NCBI RefSeq assembly: GCF_006345805.1
Contig: NC_043003.1
Span: 90,706,001 to 90,770,000 of the forward strand
Origin: Octopus sinensis
Taxonomy: Eukaryota
Direction: 5' to 3'
Length of the DNA: 64,000 nucleotides
Positions 13,036 through 25,185 of the stretch are shown piece by piece. The number at the start of each line of letters is the position of its first letter. Within the stretch, counting starts at the first letter, position 1. Both the position numbers and the translations under genes were made by a program. The notes beneath the pieces were generated by a model that did not search any database, was not told the origin of the DNA, and saw only the letters and a list, made by a program, of their open reading frames with translations.

Positions 13036-14389
13036 CAAAACAATTTATATGCATTACAACTCATCATAAAAGAGTAAAAGAGGGGGCAGAAAGCAGCAGA
13101 TAAAGAATGATAGCAATGATAGTTAAAAGCAATATTTCCCAATCTATTTTCCTCTATAGCTTTTCAGAAAAATGTGTTCCCCACTGATGGTTGGAAAAAA
13201 ACAACTTCATAACTATATACTTTCCTTAAAGAAATATTCACACTAGAGTATTAGAATATTGCTATACTGTGGCAAACAGTATTCACCCAATATGCTTGGC
13301 TGGAGGGATTGATTTATTGGCCAGGCTGAGTATAGGTGTAGTATGTTTGCTGTGAGAAAAAGATCTCCACAATTCCATGACCCACTAAAAAAAAGAAACA
13401 GAAAAATTTTGGATCCCACACCCCACCACAATTTTCCCCAAGCCCAACCAGTGGGGCATATGCCCCCACATTGGTAATAACTGGTCAAAGTTGAATTTCA
13501 TTGAAAATGACACGTATCTATGAATGGGTGATCAACCTTATTGACTTCAAGATGAAAGAATTGTCGAAGTTGTTGTTAGTCAACCCCAACTCTCATCAAA
13601 AAAGTATTCCAACCATAACTATCCTCTCCGTGTTTTTTTTTGCAGTATCAGTATGTCTAGGAGGACATTATCCTATGTTCTTTTTTTTTTATTTTCTTCT
13701 AAGATTGAAAGGTGTGGTTTGAGGAATAACTGGCTGCTATTTTTAACAAGTTGAGTGACCAGATATAGTGTCTTTCATTGAAGGTAGAGAATGGGTAGGG
13801 GTCAATGAGATGTTGTAACCTTCATGATTTTGCCAAGGACACTGATTATCAGAATAATTGAAACAGTCATGACCAAGAACTCACCTTCGATCACACAGCA
13901 CACTTGCTTTATCCAAGAGAAGCTCACCAATTTTGCAACACTACTTAACCATTTACAAATTCTGAAATATCTATTTGGTAACACAAACTGGCATTACCTG
14001 AGGCTTTTCTATTTTCATTTCTTTTTTTTTTATTACTTTTATTACTTAATCTGTAATAAAATACCCGTTGAAAAGTAAAGCATTAGTTGAAGATGTTAGT
14101 TGTTTCCTGGCAACAAAATGATAGCCCAGCTTCCTAGTTCTTTGAAAAGAAATAAACAAAAAGAAAAAAGAAAAGAAAAACAAAACAATGTGAAGAAAGA
14201 AATAAAGAAAAAAAAAACAAAAAAAAATGTAGTTAAATTCTTCACCATACATTGTCTGCTTCATTTCTCTGTTCTCCACTTTCAGCTCTGAAACTGTAGA
14301 GCTACAAAGACTGGGGTTTGTTTCTGTGTGCTAGCTTGTTTTTTTTTTTTCTACATATGTGTTAAGTTAAAATGTCCATAGAAAAAGAG

Positions 14390-14448
<59 letters not shown>

Positions 14449-14682
14449 TACATACATAAATATATACATATTTATTTATTTTATTTTATTTTTAATTCTC
14501 AAAGGTAAAAGCCCAACCCACACAGCTATGTGGGAAATTTCAAGCTGATTTTGGAACCTTTCCATTCCTATTTTCCTGCTGCTTTCTGTGGTTACTTTGT
14601 TACTTGCAATATTCTATTAAGGAACCAATATTCCTCTCTTCTGCTATTTTCATTTATAAATTATTTTGTCTGTGCTGGATAT

Positions 14683-14716
<34 letters not shown>

Positions 14717-14992
14717 TTATATATGTATCTGGAGGAGGATAACGTTGGTAAAAATAAACATTTTCTGAACATAACTCAAACTCTATGTTTATGTGGGTGT
14801 TTTGATATGAGTGTGTATATGAGCTTATTCAATACAGTGCTTAAATGCATACAGCTTGTCAGAAAGGGTTAAAAGAGGAGAGCAGAAAGCAGCAATAAGC
14901 CAAGTAAAGAAAGCCACCAATGATAGCTAGAAGTACATGCACAGTACACAGATTAAAACACAAAAAGACAGAAAAGGGAACATTAAAAGAGA

Positions 14993-15410
14993 CAGGAGTG
15001 GCTGTGTAGTAAGTAGCTTGCTTACTAGCCACATGGTTCTGGGTTCATTCCCACAGCATGGCACCTTGGGCAAGTGTCTTCTACTATAGCCTCGGGCCAA
15101 CCAAAGCCTTGTGAGTGGATTTGGTAGACAGAAACTGAGAGAAGCCTGTCGTATACATATATATATATATATGTGTGTGTATATGTTTGTGTTTCTGTGT
15201 TTGTCCCCCCGCCAACATCGCTTGACAACCAATGGTGGTGTGTTTACGTCCTTGTAAATTAGCGGTTTGGCAAAAAAAAACGATAGAATAAGTATTAGGC
15301 TCCCAAAGAATAAGTCCTGGGGTCGATTTGCTCAACTAAAAGGTGGTGCTCCAGCATGGCTGCAGTCAAATGACTGATACAAGTAAAAGAGTAAAGAGTA
15401 AGAGTATAAA
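14993..15410 (+). mobile_element. SINE family B
   Basis: Same head, body and tail as the 11251 copy. Confidence 0.9.
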
Positions 15411-15599
15411 GAGGGAAGAATACACAGACATATCAGGACTAGAGTTAATGAATTTCAGGAAGCAAACAGCCACTGCAGGTAGTTTATTAGTTTAGTCCAT
15501 GCTTCAATATTTGCAAACATGAAAAAATGCTTATGAATCATCATCATCAACATCGTCGTCGTCGTCGTCGTCATCATCATCATCATCATCATCCTCATC

Positions 15600-16200
15600 A
15601 TCATCATCAACATCATCATCATTTAACATCTGTTTTCTGTGCTAGCATGGTTTAACAGGAACTGACCAGCTGAAGAACTGCCCAGACTCCATGTTTATTT
15701 TGACATGGTCTCTAATGGCTGGATGCCCTTCCTAATGCCAGCCACTTCACAGAGTGTCCTGGGCGTTTTTACATGGCACTGGTACTGGCACTTTTATGTG
15801 GCACCAGCATGGGGTCTTTTACATGGCACTGGCATGAGTGCTTTTTATGTGGCACCAGCACAGGTGCTTTTTATGTAGCCCAAGGACCCATGAGCTAGCA
15901 GGATTAAAATCACTCTGCTGAAGAGGGATGTAAGGGACATACCCTGTATGCTAGGACTGCCATGATTTTACATAGCTTGACATGCCTTCTCAAGCACAGC
16001 AAATGGCCAGAAGTTTTTTTTATCCTTTGTCATCCACTCTGTGAGGCCAAATATGTAGAGATCCTTTCTGTGTCTTCCTGGATCTGCTTCTTCCACACAT
16101 TCTCTCCACAGTTAGAGGCTTGTACTTCTTGATGCAGTTGTCCCCATCCATACACATCACATCTTCTTTTACAGTTTTATAAGCATAGTCATTTCTCTCT
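15600..16200 (-). mobile_element. RTE LINE 3' end
   Basis: (CAT)n tail, the TTTAACATC motif, GGATGCCCTTCCTAATGCC and the GC-rich 3'UTR repeats shared with the other RTE copies. Confidence 0.8.
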
Positions 16201-16563
16201 CTCCTTTCTTTTCATGAAGGTAAATCTGATTGATTAGCCTCTTCTCTATATAACAGTGACCTTCTATCTTATTGAATGGTGATTAGTCATATATTCTTCG
16301 TTGACTATTCATTATGTTAGGTAAGTTGTGTGTGAAGAGATTGACTTTACTAAAGTATAATTGAGTCATCAGATATTTTAGTTACCTGTCAAAACATTCA
16401 TAAAACAGCAAACATAATAGTTAGGAGCCTTCTGTAATGCATCTTGTTAGATAATAATATGAAACTAATATAAGGAATTTAAATCACTGCATACTCAACA
16501 CTTCAAGTTAAGGTCTGTGCCTTTTGTAAAGTACATGTTACATTTTGAAAAGTGAAAGAGGGA

Positions 16564-16973
16564 GAGACCAACTCATTGATAGATTTTCATAGGGCACTCA
16601 GTGGCTCTCTGATCTGAGGTTGTATTTGCCAGGTTTTTATAGCAATAAACCACATTTCTAGAATCTTCTTCAAAACCGTTCAGTAGAAAAACTTGCATAC
16701 TTCCTTTGAACGCCGCATCAACAAAAATAAGTCAGCTTGTGCTGATTGGTCAAGCCATATTCCCAAAGCTATTGATAATTTTTTATGCTCTCACTTTTTC
16801 TTTTATGGAGATACATTATGTTGTTCTGGACTGAGAAAATCTGAAAGCTATGGTTCCACTGAACAGTTTTACCAAAGATTCTAGAAAGACAGCTTATAGC
16901 TATAAAAAGCTGGCAAATACAATCTCAGATCAGAGAGCTGCTGAGCCCTCTATTAGAATCTGTTACTTGTCTC
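16564..16973. mobile_element. Foldback MITE with ~130-bp imperfect terminal inverted repeats
   Basis: Left arm GAGAC...CTCTCTGATCTGAGGTTGTATTTGCCAG...TTTCTAGAATCTT...GTTCAGT is mirrored by the right arm ACTGAAC...AAGATTCTAGAAA...CTGGCAAATACAATCTCAGATCAGAGAG...GTCTC. Confidence 0.8.
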
Positions 16974-17170
16974 AGAGGCCTCACTACAAACTAATCAATC
17001 TGTATAAATTAGTTAATAAATGAAAATATCTGAATAATATATATATGTCAAAATAGCAAATGGCAGAAAATTGTGAGACACTAGTATTTACAAAATTTAT
17101 TATTTATTGTGTTGGGTTTGAATCTTACTAGTGTTCATTTTGTTTTTATTATTTATTTATTTAGGGGATA

Positions 17171-18359
17171 CCATATATACTCGTGTAAAAGTCGAATTTT
17201 TAAGACCATTTTTATGGGGTCAACTATTACATGGATACTACTTTTGAGGGGCTGAAATTGAAGCTAGAATCCAAAGTACTGCATCAGCAACAGAAGCCCA
17301 ACTGATCTCAAAGTGAATAAAAACTAAAACACAATGAATTACAGTAATGTTACCAATTCTGTGCATCAAAACATAAGTTTTATTAAATAACAAACTCCAT
17401 AAATGAGACCGTGTTGCTCTTATAAATATTTACACTTACCCTTTAAAAAAAAGTTGCAGGATGTCATGTGCAGTTACCAGTAAATGTCCATAATATGGTT
17501 TAAATTGTTAATCTGGAGCAGGGATTCCCATAGTGTGTTCTGCAAAACCCCAGGGTTCCCTGAAAGTTATCAGGGGTTCCACGTTTTTCAAAATAATGTT
17601 GAAGGATTCTGTGGCAAAGAAAGTTTGGGAAACACTGATCTAGTGATTAACTAAATGTTTTTAGGCTTACTGAAGTCATGCCTCTGTACGAATTCATACA
17701 GTGGTGTTTGCTGTTGTTCAATGATAGTGTTGTCTGTGAAGCCCATTTCTTACCCTGTAAACAGATGAAGGTATGATGTATGTGTTTACTGTATTTGGAG
17801 ATGAGGAAAATATAAAGGTCGCATGGGAACCACAGATCTCGCTATTAATTCAATGTTTTTAGGCTTATCAAAATCATGCCTTTGTATGAATTCAGATAGT
17901 GGCATTTGCTAGTTTTCACCAATAGTGCTGTCTGTGAAACACATTTCTCACCATGTAAACATTTCTCACCTCGTATGACACGTGTTTATTGTGCTCGAAG
18001 ATGCATGCAGGCTTGCAGCATATCCTGTGCATACATTTGAGTAATGGTGATGTAACACCCATCAACAGATGTGTAGTGCTTGCTATTAAATGATGTTTTA
18101 CTATAAGCACCAAGCATTCCATTATAAGCACCAAGCATTCCACCTATAGAGCAGGCTACAGTAAGGTAGCCACACAATTTTGTAACTGTTATTTCTACAT
18201 ACAGAATAATATGGTACCTTGACCCACAAATGTTGTCCTCTTGTACATGAAATACTAGGGTCAACTTTTATATGGGGTCTAAGGAAAATTTCCAATTTTT
18301 AGGCCAAGAATAGGGTGTTGACTTTTACATGAGATTGACTATTACTTGAGTATATACGG
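17171..18359. mobile_element. Non-autonomous pogo/Tigger-like element
   Basis: Imperfect TIRs TA|CCATATATACTCGTGTAAAAGTCGA ... TTGACTATTACTTGAGTATATACGG. There is an internal ~95-bp direct duplication (~17655 and ~17855). Confidence 0.7.
17519..17637. mobile_element. hAT/Charlie-like MITE nested in the pogo-like element
   Basis: TIR CAGGGATTCCCA / TGGGAAACACTG. The 8-bp flanks ATCTGGAG / ATCTAGTG resemble the NTCTAGAN target. Confidence 0.7.
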
Positions 18360-18361
18360 TT

Positions 18362-18386
18362 TATATAAAATATGAATATAAATAAA

Positions 18387-18418
<32 letters not shown>

Positions 18419-19205
18419 GCATATATGGGCACAGGACATCACCAACAGTAAACAACATGAAATACAAAAACAAATGAGTTAAATACACAAACAGTGAGAG
18501 AATAAAATGGAAAATAGGACAAGTAATACACAGAACGAATCTTCATCAGTTGTTGGATGTCTTTCTACTCCTCATGTCGAGCAATCAATGATAATATGAG
18601 TCTTCAAAGACAGCTGCTCCCATAAATACCAAAATAAAATTTTGGATTTATGGAGTGTCAAAGTTGGGAACAAAAACACGACAGTGGAGACGTACAAGGA
18701 AACCAAATGAAAACGAATATAGAGGGTCATTAGACCAGAATGAGGGGGAAATAGTGAACACTGAGAGAAATATCTTCTTTGGAAAGAGAAAAGATAGAAG
18801 AGAGAGATAGAAGACGTCCAGTCCTTAGGATGTCCACAAAGGAAAAGAAAGATGGTCATGTGAGGAAAAGAAAGATGGACAATGGTCACATGTGATCAGC
18901 AAGAGAGAGAAAATGAGAAAGAGGGGGAGAGTGAGAGATAGATAGAAAACAGTGAAGGGGAGAAAAGGGAATCAGAGAAGGATAGGGGAGAAAACAGTAA
19001 GGAGTAGAGTCACATCAAAAAGATTAAGATTAACTTAATTGGAAATTGATGCGTGGTGTTTAATTAAATAATAATATAAATAATATATATATATATATCC
19101 ATGCATATATGGGTACAGGACGTAACCAACAGTAAACAACATGAAATACGAAAACAAATGAATTAAATACACAAACAACAAGAGAAAAAATGGAATACAG
19201 GACAA
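18362..19205 (-). mobile_element. Unclassified repeat with terminal direct duplication (possible Penelope-derived)
   Basis: CATGCATATATGGG(C/T)ACAGGAC...AAATACACAAACA...ACAGGACAA occurs at ~18415 and ~19095. A related copy lies at 49930-50480. Confidence 0.5.
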
Positions 19206-20039
19206 ATGGCTGCATGACAAAGAAGTTTGCTTCTCACCTGCATGGTTCTGGATTCAATTCCACTGGGTGGTACCATGTGTAAATGTTTTTTTTCCATAAG
19301 TTTGAGTTAATAAAAAAACTTAGGAGAGAAATTTTATTGATAGAAACCATTCTCCTGCACATGTATATATGTCATTGTTCAGTTTTATTTCAAGATTCCC
19401 TGACAATAGAGAAAGAGTCAGTTTCTAACCTAAATTCAAGTCTCTCTCATTGGAATTTCAACATCAACAACAGGGTATTTTTGTTTGTTTGTTTGTTTGT
19501 TTGTTTGTTTGTTTGTTTGTATGTATGTATGTATGTATGTATGTATGTATGTATGTATGTATGTATGTATGTATGTATGTATGTATGTGTAATAGGAGTG
19601 GTTATGTTGAAGGCAAAGATGATGATGTTGATACTGACTCCAGGAAAGAAAGACAGTAGCCGAAGTTGTAGATAACATATTTATTTCACCATTACATATA
19701 ATTTAAGCCAAACCATGACAGGCAGGCATGTATAAAAACAATCAGAAAGCATATGAAGTAATTAGAGTTATATTTTCTTGTAGAAGGGTAGAGAGTATTG
19801 AACTTATATATTTCGAAGTTCCTTGTCACAGCAGTAACTAAACTGATTAAGTGATGTTGTTGAAACAAAAGTGAGTGAATGACAAAGGTAAGAGCATGGT
19901 GGACAAGACACCTGTAACACTGGGGAATTCCATAGCTGTCCTTCTATGACGTTACTTCAGTTGAGACAGTGTTTCATTTGGGCTGGTCAGGTCTAATTCC
20001 TGTTGGTTGCTTTCACTCACTGATTTTTCCTTATGCTAT

Positions 20040-20295
20040 TCTACCTATATAAAACAGGAAAATAACTTGCACACTTTGGCTTTGGTAAATATGCACACCT
20101 ATGTTAAAAGTGCTAGCGAGTTTGCACGGCAACATTGATTTTGCTCAATTGAAAAGCATCACCTCTAGGGCAAAATTCCTCATCTTTTAAAATGTGGCCC
20201 ACGTACACCCGAATGAAATCGGGTTATAATGCCGAAACAAGTAAAATGATAATAAACTATTTTAATCCTGAGCAAGGCCCGGTATATTTGTCTAA
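20040..20295 (+). mobile_element. Non-autonomous Helitron (first of tandem pair)
   Basis: Starts TCTACCTATATAAAAC. Ends with the degenerate hairpin CCTGAGCAAGGCCCGG then TATATTTGT-CTAA. Confidence 0.55.
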
Positions 20296-20791
20296 TCTAT
20301 AAAATGAAGAAGGCGAACGTTGATACAAATTGATTTTTATGTAGAAAGGGGTTTAAATGGGGATGGAAGGATATTAAAATTTACAGGAGGGGGTAACTTG
20401 AGGTGGGAAATTGATTGGGAGACGTTTTGGGGCACTGCAGTGGTTGCTTTGGTGTGAAAACTGGGATTTTATTAATTTTGGGGGACACTTGGGGATCTAG
20501 ATTGGAAACCTTTTGCCCGATTTCAATGAAATTTTCAACATGGTAAAGTGGAAGCGGATTTGTAATTTAAACGTGGAAATCTAATTATTTATAAATGGGA
20601 GAGAGATAGATAGAGAAAGATAAAAAGTAAGAGAAAGCGAGGGAGCATCTGAGAGAAAGGAAGAGTAAGAGATTGGGAAAGTGAGAAAGGAGAGAGAAAC
20701 AAGAGAATGTGGCAAAAAGAAACAGAAAGGAAACAACAGAAAGTAACAACCACAACCTTACCCGCGCATAGAGCGGGTTACCTTAAGCTAG
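20296..20791 (+). mobile_element. Non-autonomous Helitron (second of tandem pair)
   Basis: Starts TCTATAAAATG. Ends with hairpin CCCGC-GCATAGA-GCGGG then CTAG|T. Confidence 0.7.
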
Positions 20792-21115
20792 TCTAGTATC
20801 TAAATTAATGTAGGTCACTCATTATCTATTTCAACTTTTCATGGCATGGAAAAGGTTAAGAGTCAAGTGGAAAACACATAAAATCTACATTCCTCCTCAA
20901 CAGAACAATAGGCTGTATGGCTGGGAAGAATTTATAGATTCAGTTTCAAATCTCAAGCAGGTAGGGCCAAACAAGGTCCAACATATGTATGTATGTATGT
21001 ATGTCCTCAGCAGTTACGGCCCATGTTTCACTGGCATGTACATGGCTGTCCGCACACATACGTCATACAATCTACCTTTTACTTTGAGCGAGAGGCCCTA
21101 TATATATATATATAG

Positions 21116-21341
21116 GCGGCGAGCTGGCAGAAACGTTAGCACGTCGGGTGAAATGCGTAGCCGTATTTCGTCTGCCGTTACGTCCTGAGTTCAAATTCCG
21201 CCGAGGTCGACTTTGCCTTTCATCCTTTCGGGGTCGATTAAATAAGTACCAGTTACCCACTGGGGTCGATGTAATCGACTTAATCCGTTTGTCTGTCCTT
21301 GTTTGTCCCCTCTGTGTTTAGCCCCTTGTGGGTAGTAAAGA

Positions 21342-21346
<5 letters not shown>
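21116..21346 (+). mobile_element. SINE family A
   Basis: Near-identical to 1367-1586. Confidence 0.9.
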
Positions 21347-21393
<47 letters not shown>

Positions 21394-21985
21394 GTATGTA
21401 TATAGATATAGGTATGTATGTATGTATATAGATATAGGTATATATGTATGTGTATTATTTTACAAGTGTAGTAACCAGTAACCAATAGAGGTGAAAATTA
21501 GACAGTAAAATCCCCAATAAACTACTTTACGGGACTAAAAAATACCCTGTGGCAGTTATTCCTTCGAGTTGTGCAGACACTCCCTTATCACGGTCTTGTC
21601 ATCTGAAATACAGTAAACCAGTAATTGGCAGATTGGAGGTCTGTACCAATTATGCTATTATTAGCAATATGAACATTATATAAAAAAAAAAAAAATAACT
21701 ATACATAATGATATTAAAAAAAATACCATAATATAATAGACTGGGTACAAGTTGATTATCCATTCCATCCCAGCACAGTTGTGTCTATACTTGTGTATGC
21801 TATATTGACTTTATATAGAAATCAATACTTTATACATAAAAATAGTCCAAGAGTGAATTGGTTAGGGATGGTATGTATCTGCATCGACCTTTTTGTTACC
21901 ATATTTCTGTTGAAATGTATCCTCTTTATTTCAATTAATTAAAAAAAAATAATGAATAATATCTCTATGTAATAATAATAATAAT

Positions 21986-22341
21986 AACAAGAGCACTCAG
22001 AGAGCATAAACTTCCACCAAGGCAACACCAAAGTCCTCTCAATGATTAAACAGAGATGATTTTTAAAATGAGAATATCTGAAATAAACTCGATTACTCTC
22101 ACAAACAAGAATACTAAAAATGAACCCGACCGCTCTCAAAAATTAAGTAAAAAGATAGGAAAATAATCCAGAATCCTTGTCTGGTACCAGATTGATCCCA
22201 AAATCTAATCAATTTGTGCCAGTCAGGAGGCCAGACATTCCTGAAAGCTTCATCCAAATCCATCCAGCAGTCCTTGAGATATCTTGTCCATGGACAAACA
22301 AACACAACTGAAAACAATACCTCGACCTTTGCTAAGGTGGA

Positions 22342-22347
<6 letters not shown>
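21986..22347 (-). mobile_element. Helentron-associated-type non-autonomous element (HINE-like)
   Basis: Minus strand starts ATTACCTCCACCTTAGCAAAGGTCGAGGTA (hairpin) and ends CCTTGGTGGAAGTTTATGCTCTCTGAGTGCTCTTGTT, with sub-terminal inverted CCTCC(A/G)CC..GG motifs. It sits within (TAA)n. Confidence 0.55.
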
Positions 22348-22372
<25 letters not shown>

Positions 22373-22708
22373 TTAATAATAATAATAATAATAATTATAA
22401 TAATAATAATCAATATACATTGTTGGTTGGTTGGCTGGTTGGTTCATTGGTTGGCTGGTCTGTTGAATTCTCCAATCATGCTTGTATTGTGAAGAGAGAA
22501 GTGGGAGGAATAAAAGCAGGATATAGAAAAGGGAGTAGAAAGGGAATGCTTGGTTTGGTGGCAGGCAATGAGTAAATGATAGCTTACTCTCTCTCCCCAC
22601 TCTCTTTCCCCATTCTCTCTCCTCCCTCTCTCTCCCCCTCCCCCTCTCACACACACTCATACACACAGACACATGCACACATTCACATATTGAAAGAGAA
22701 GGCATTAT

Positions 22709-22880
22709 AGGTGCAGGCGTGGCTGTGTGGTAAGTAGCTTGCTTACCAACCACATGGCTCGAGGGTCAGTCCCACTGTGTGGTATCTTGGGCAAATGTTT
22801 TCTACTATAGCCTTGGGCTGACCAAAGCCTTGTGAGTGGATTTGGTATACGGAAGATGGGAGAGTCCCATTGTATATATT

Positions 22881-22917
<37 letters not shown>

Positions 22918-23172
22918 ATTTATGTATATATACACATATATATATATGTGTGTGTGTGTGTGTGTATGTTTGTGTGTCTGTGTTTGTCACCCTACTATCA
23001 CTTGACAACTGATATTGGTGTGTTTACATCCCCGAAACTTAGCACTTCGGCAAAAGAGGCCGATAGAATAATTACTAGGCTTACAAAGAATAAGTCGTGG
23101 GGTCGATTAGTTTGAGTAAAATGAGGTGCCCCAGCATGGCCGCAGTCAAATGACTGAAACAAATAAAAGAAT
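22709..23172 (+). mobile_element. SINE family B
   Basis: Same modules as the 11251 copy. Confidence 0.9.
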
Positions 23173-23192
23173 AGAGGCAAAGGAGGCAGGGG

Positions 23193-23235
<43 letters not shown>

Positions 23236-23542
23236 TATATAAGTAGTTAGGGTCAATCCCAGCTGTTTCCGCTTGAAGCACATCTGTTTATTCCATTATT
23301 ACAATCAATAAGTGCCTTTAATTGCTGCTGTATTATGGAAATATTGTGGAGTTATTGTCTAAATGTTTTGGTATTATTTATTCACCATTACATGTGTTTC
23401 ATTTTCTAACAGGAATTACAAAGATTCACATGTCTATCTAACATGTAAATCTTTGTAATTCCTACTAGCAAATGAAACATGTGCAATGGAGAATAATACC
23501 AAAAAATTTCCACTTTCCTGTTTTGCTATATGTACATATATA

Positions 23543-24789
23543 CAGGGTTTGGACAAAATAATGGAAACACCTATCATCATAATTTTTAAATACCTATAAA
23601 ACCGTCAAAAGCTTGTTTATTTATTATTTTGTTTTTTGATTTATTATTAGTGTTGCTCAATATGTTTTGCTAAAATTGCTGTTTCTTTTAGATATCATCA
23701 GAAAAAGGTAATTACAATTCATTAAAATGACAGATCTATTGAACTTTCAAAGAGGTCAAATTGTTGGTGTTCGTATGGCAGGTACTAGTGTAACAAAAAC
23801 AACCAAAATGCTTGGTGTATCAAGAAGTATTGTCTTGAAAGTAATGACAGCCTTTGAGAAAGAGGGAAAAACCTCTTTGTGAAAACAAAACTCTGGAACA
23901 AAACTAAAACTTTCAGATAGGGACCGTTGGACTCTTATGCGAATTGTTAGAAAGGATCACAAAAGTACAGCTCCCAAAATTACTGCAGAGCTTAATGATC
24001 ACCTCGAGAAGCCAGTTTCCACAAAAACTGTTTGTCAGGAGCTGCACAAAGTCGGATTTCACAGGAGGGCTGAAATCAGAAAACCACTACATTTAAAAAC
24101 AAACGTTGCAAAGCATTTGGAGTGGAGTAAAAACCTACAGAATTGGTCCCTAGGGCAGTGGAAGAATGTTATTTTCTTGGACAAGTCATCATTTGCCTTG
24201 TTTCTGACCACCTGCTGAGTATACATGTGGAGACAGCCAAAAGAAGCATTTGATTCAGACTGCCTTTTTCCAGCTGTTAAACATAGAGGAGGATCTGTGA
24301 TTATCTGGGTCAGCCCAATGGTTTCTCTTCATGGCAGAATTAATATTCAAGACTATTTATGCATTTTATCTGATCAAATTCATCCTATTGTTGCAGAACT
24401 GTTTCTGGAGGGAAATGCAATCTTTCAGGATGATAAAGCACCAATTCACACAGCTAAAGTTGTTACTGAATGGCACAAGGAACATTCTAGTTAAGTTGAA
24501 CATCTTATCTGGCCACCACAGTCCCCAGATCTCAATATAATTGAATATTTATGGTGCATTTTAGAAAAACAAGTAAGGAGTCAATATCCTCCACCATCAT
24601 TACTACAAGAACTGGAGACTGTTATAGCTGAAGAATCGACAAAAATTCCTTTGGAAACAATTCAAACTTTGTACATGTCCATACCTCATAGAATTCAAGC
24701 TGTAATTACAGCCAAAGGCGATCCTATACCATATTAAAATAAATTTGTTTGAAATTTTAAGGTGTTTCCATTATTTTGTCCAACCTCTG
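23543..24789 (+). mobile_element. Near-complete Tc1-like DNA transposon (DD36E spacing)
   Basis: 30-bp TIRs CAGGGTTTGGACAAAATAATGGAAACACCT and its complement ending at 24789 (2 mismatches). TA is present on both sides. Length is 1247 bp. Confidence 0.95.
23727..24737 (+). pseudogene. Tc1-like transposase pseudogene
   Basis: Single frame MTDLLNFQRGQIVG...IFLDKSSF...FQDDKAPIHTAK...WPPQSPDLNIIEYLW...AKGDPIPY*, with 3 in-frame stops (23880, 24216, 24492). Confidence 0.93.
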
Positions 24790-24866
24790 TATATATATAT
24801 ATATATATATATTATATAAACACATACATACATACATACATTCATACATTCATACATGCATATAGT

Positions 24867-25185
24867 GAGGGCACGTGGCTTAGTGGTTAGGGCATTTGGT
24901 TCATGATCGTAAGGTTGTGAGTTCGATTCCCAGCGACGCGTTGTGTCCTTGAGCAAAACACTTTATTTCACGTTGCTCCAGTCCACTCAGCTGGCAAAAA
25001 TGAGTTGTACTTGTATTTCAAAGGGTCAGCCTTGTCACTCTGTGTCACGCTGATTATCCCCGAGAACTACGTTAAGGGTACACGTGTCTGTGGAATGCTC
25101 AGCCATTTGCACGTTAATTTCACGAGCAAGCTGTTCCGTTGATCGTATCAGCTGGGACCCTCGTCGTCGTAACCGGCGGAGTCTT
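24867..25185 (+). mobile_element. tRNA-head SINE, family D (M1 + T1)
   Basis: TGGCTTAGTGGTTAGGG...GAGTTCGATTCC; CCTTGAGCAAAACACTTTATTTCA...GGCAAAAATGAG; TTGTACTTGTATTTCAAAGGG tail. Confidence 0.85.

Noticed and set aside
21556-21602. Minus-strand terminal exon candidate (DKTVIRECLHNSKE*)
   Set aside because: It has a good acceptor but only 15 codons and no homology; not distinguishable from chance.
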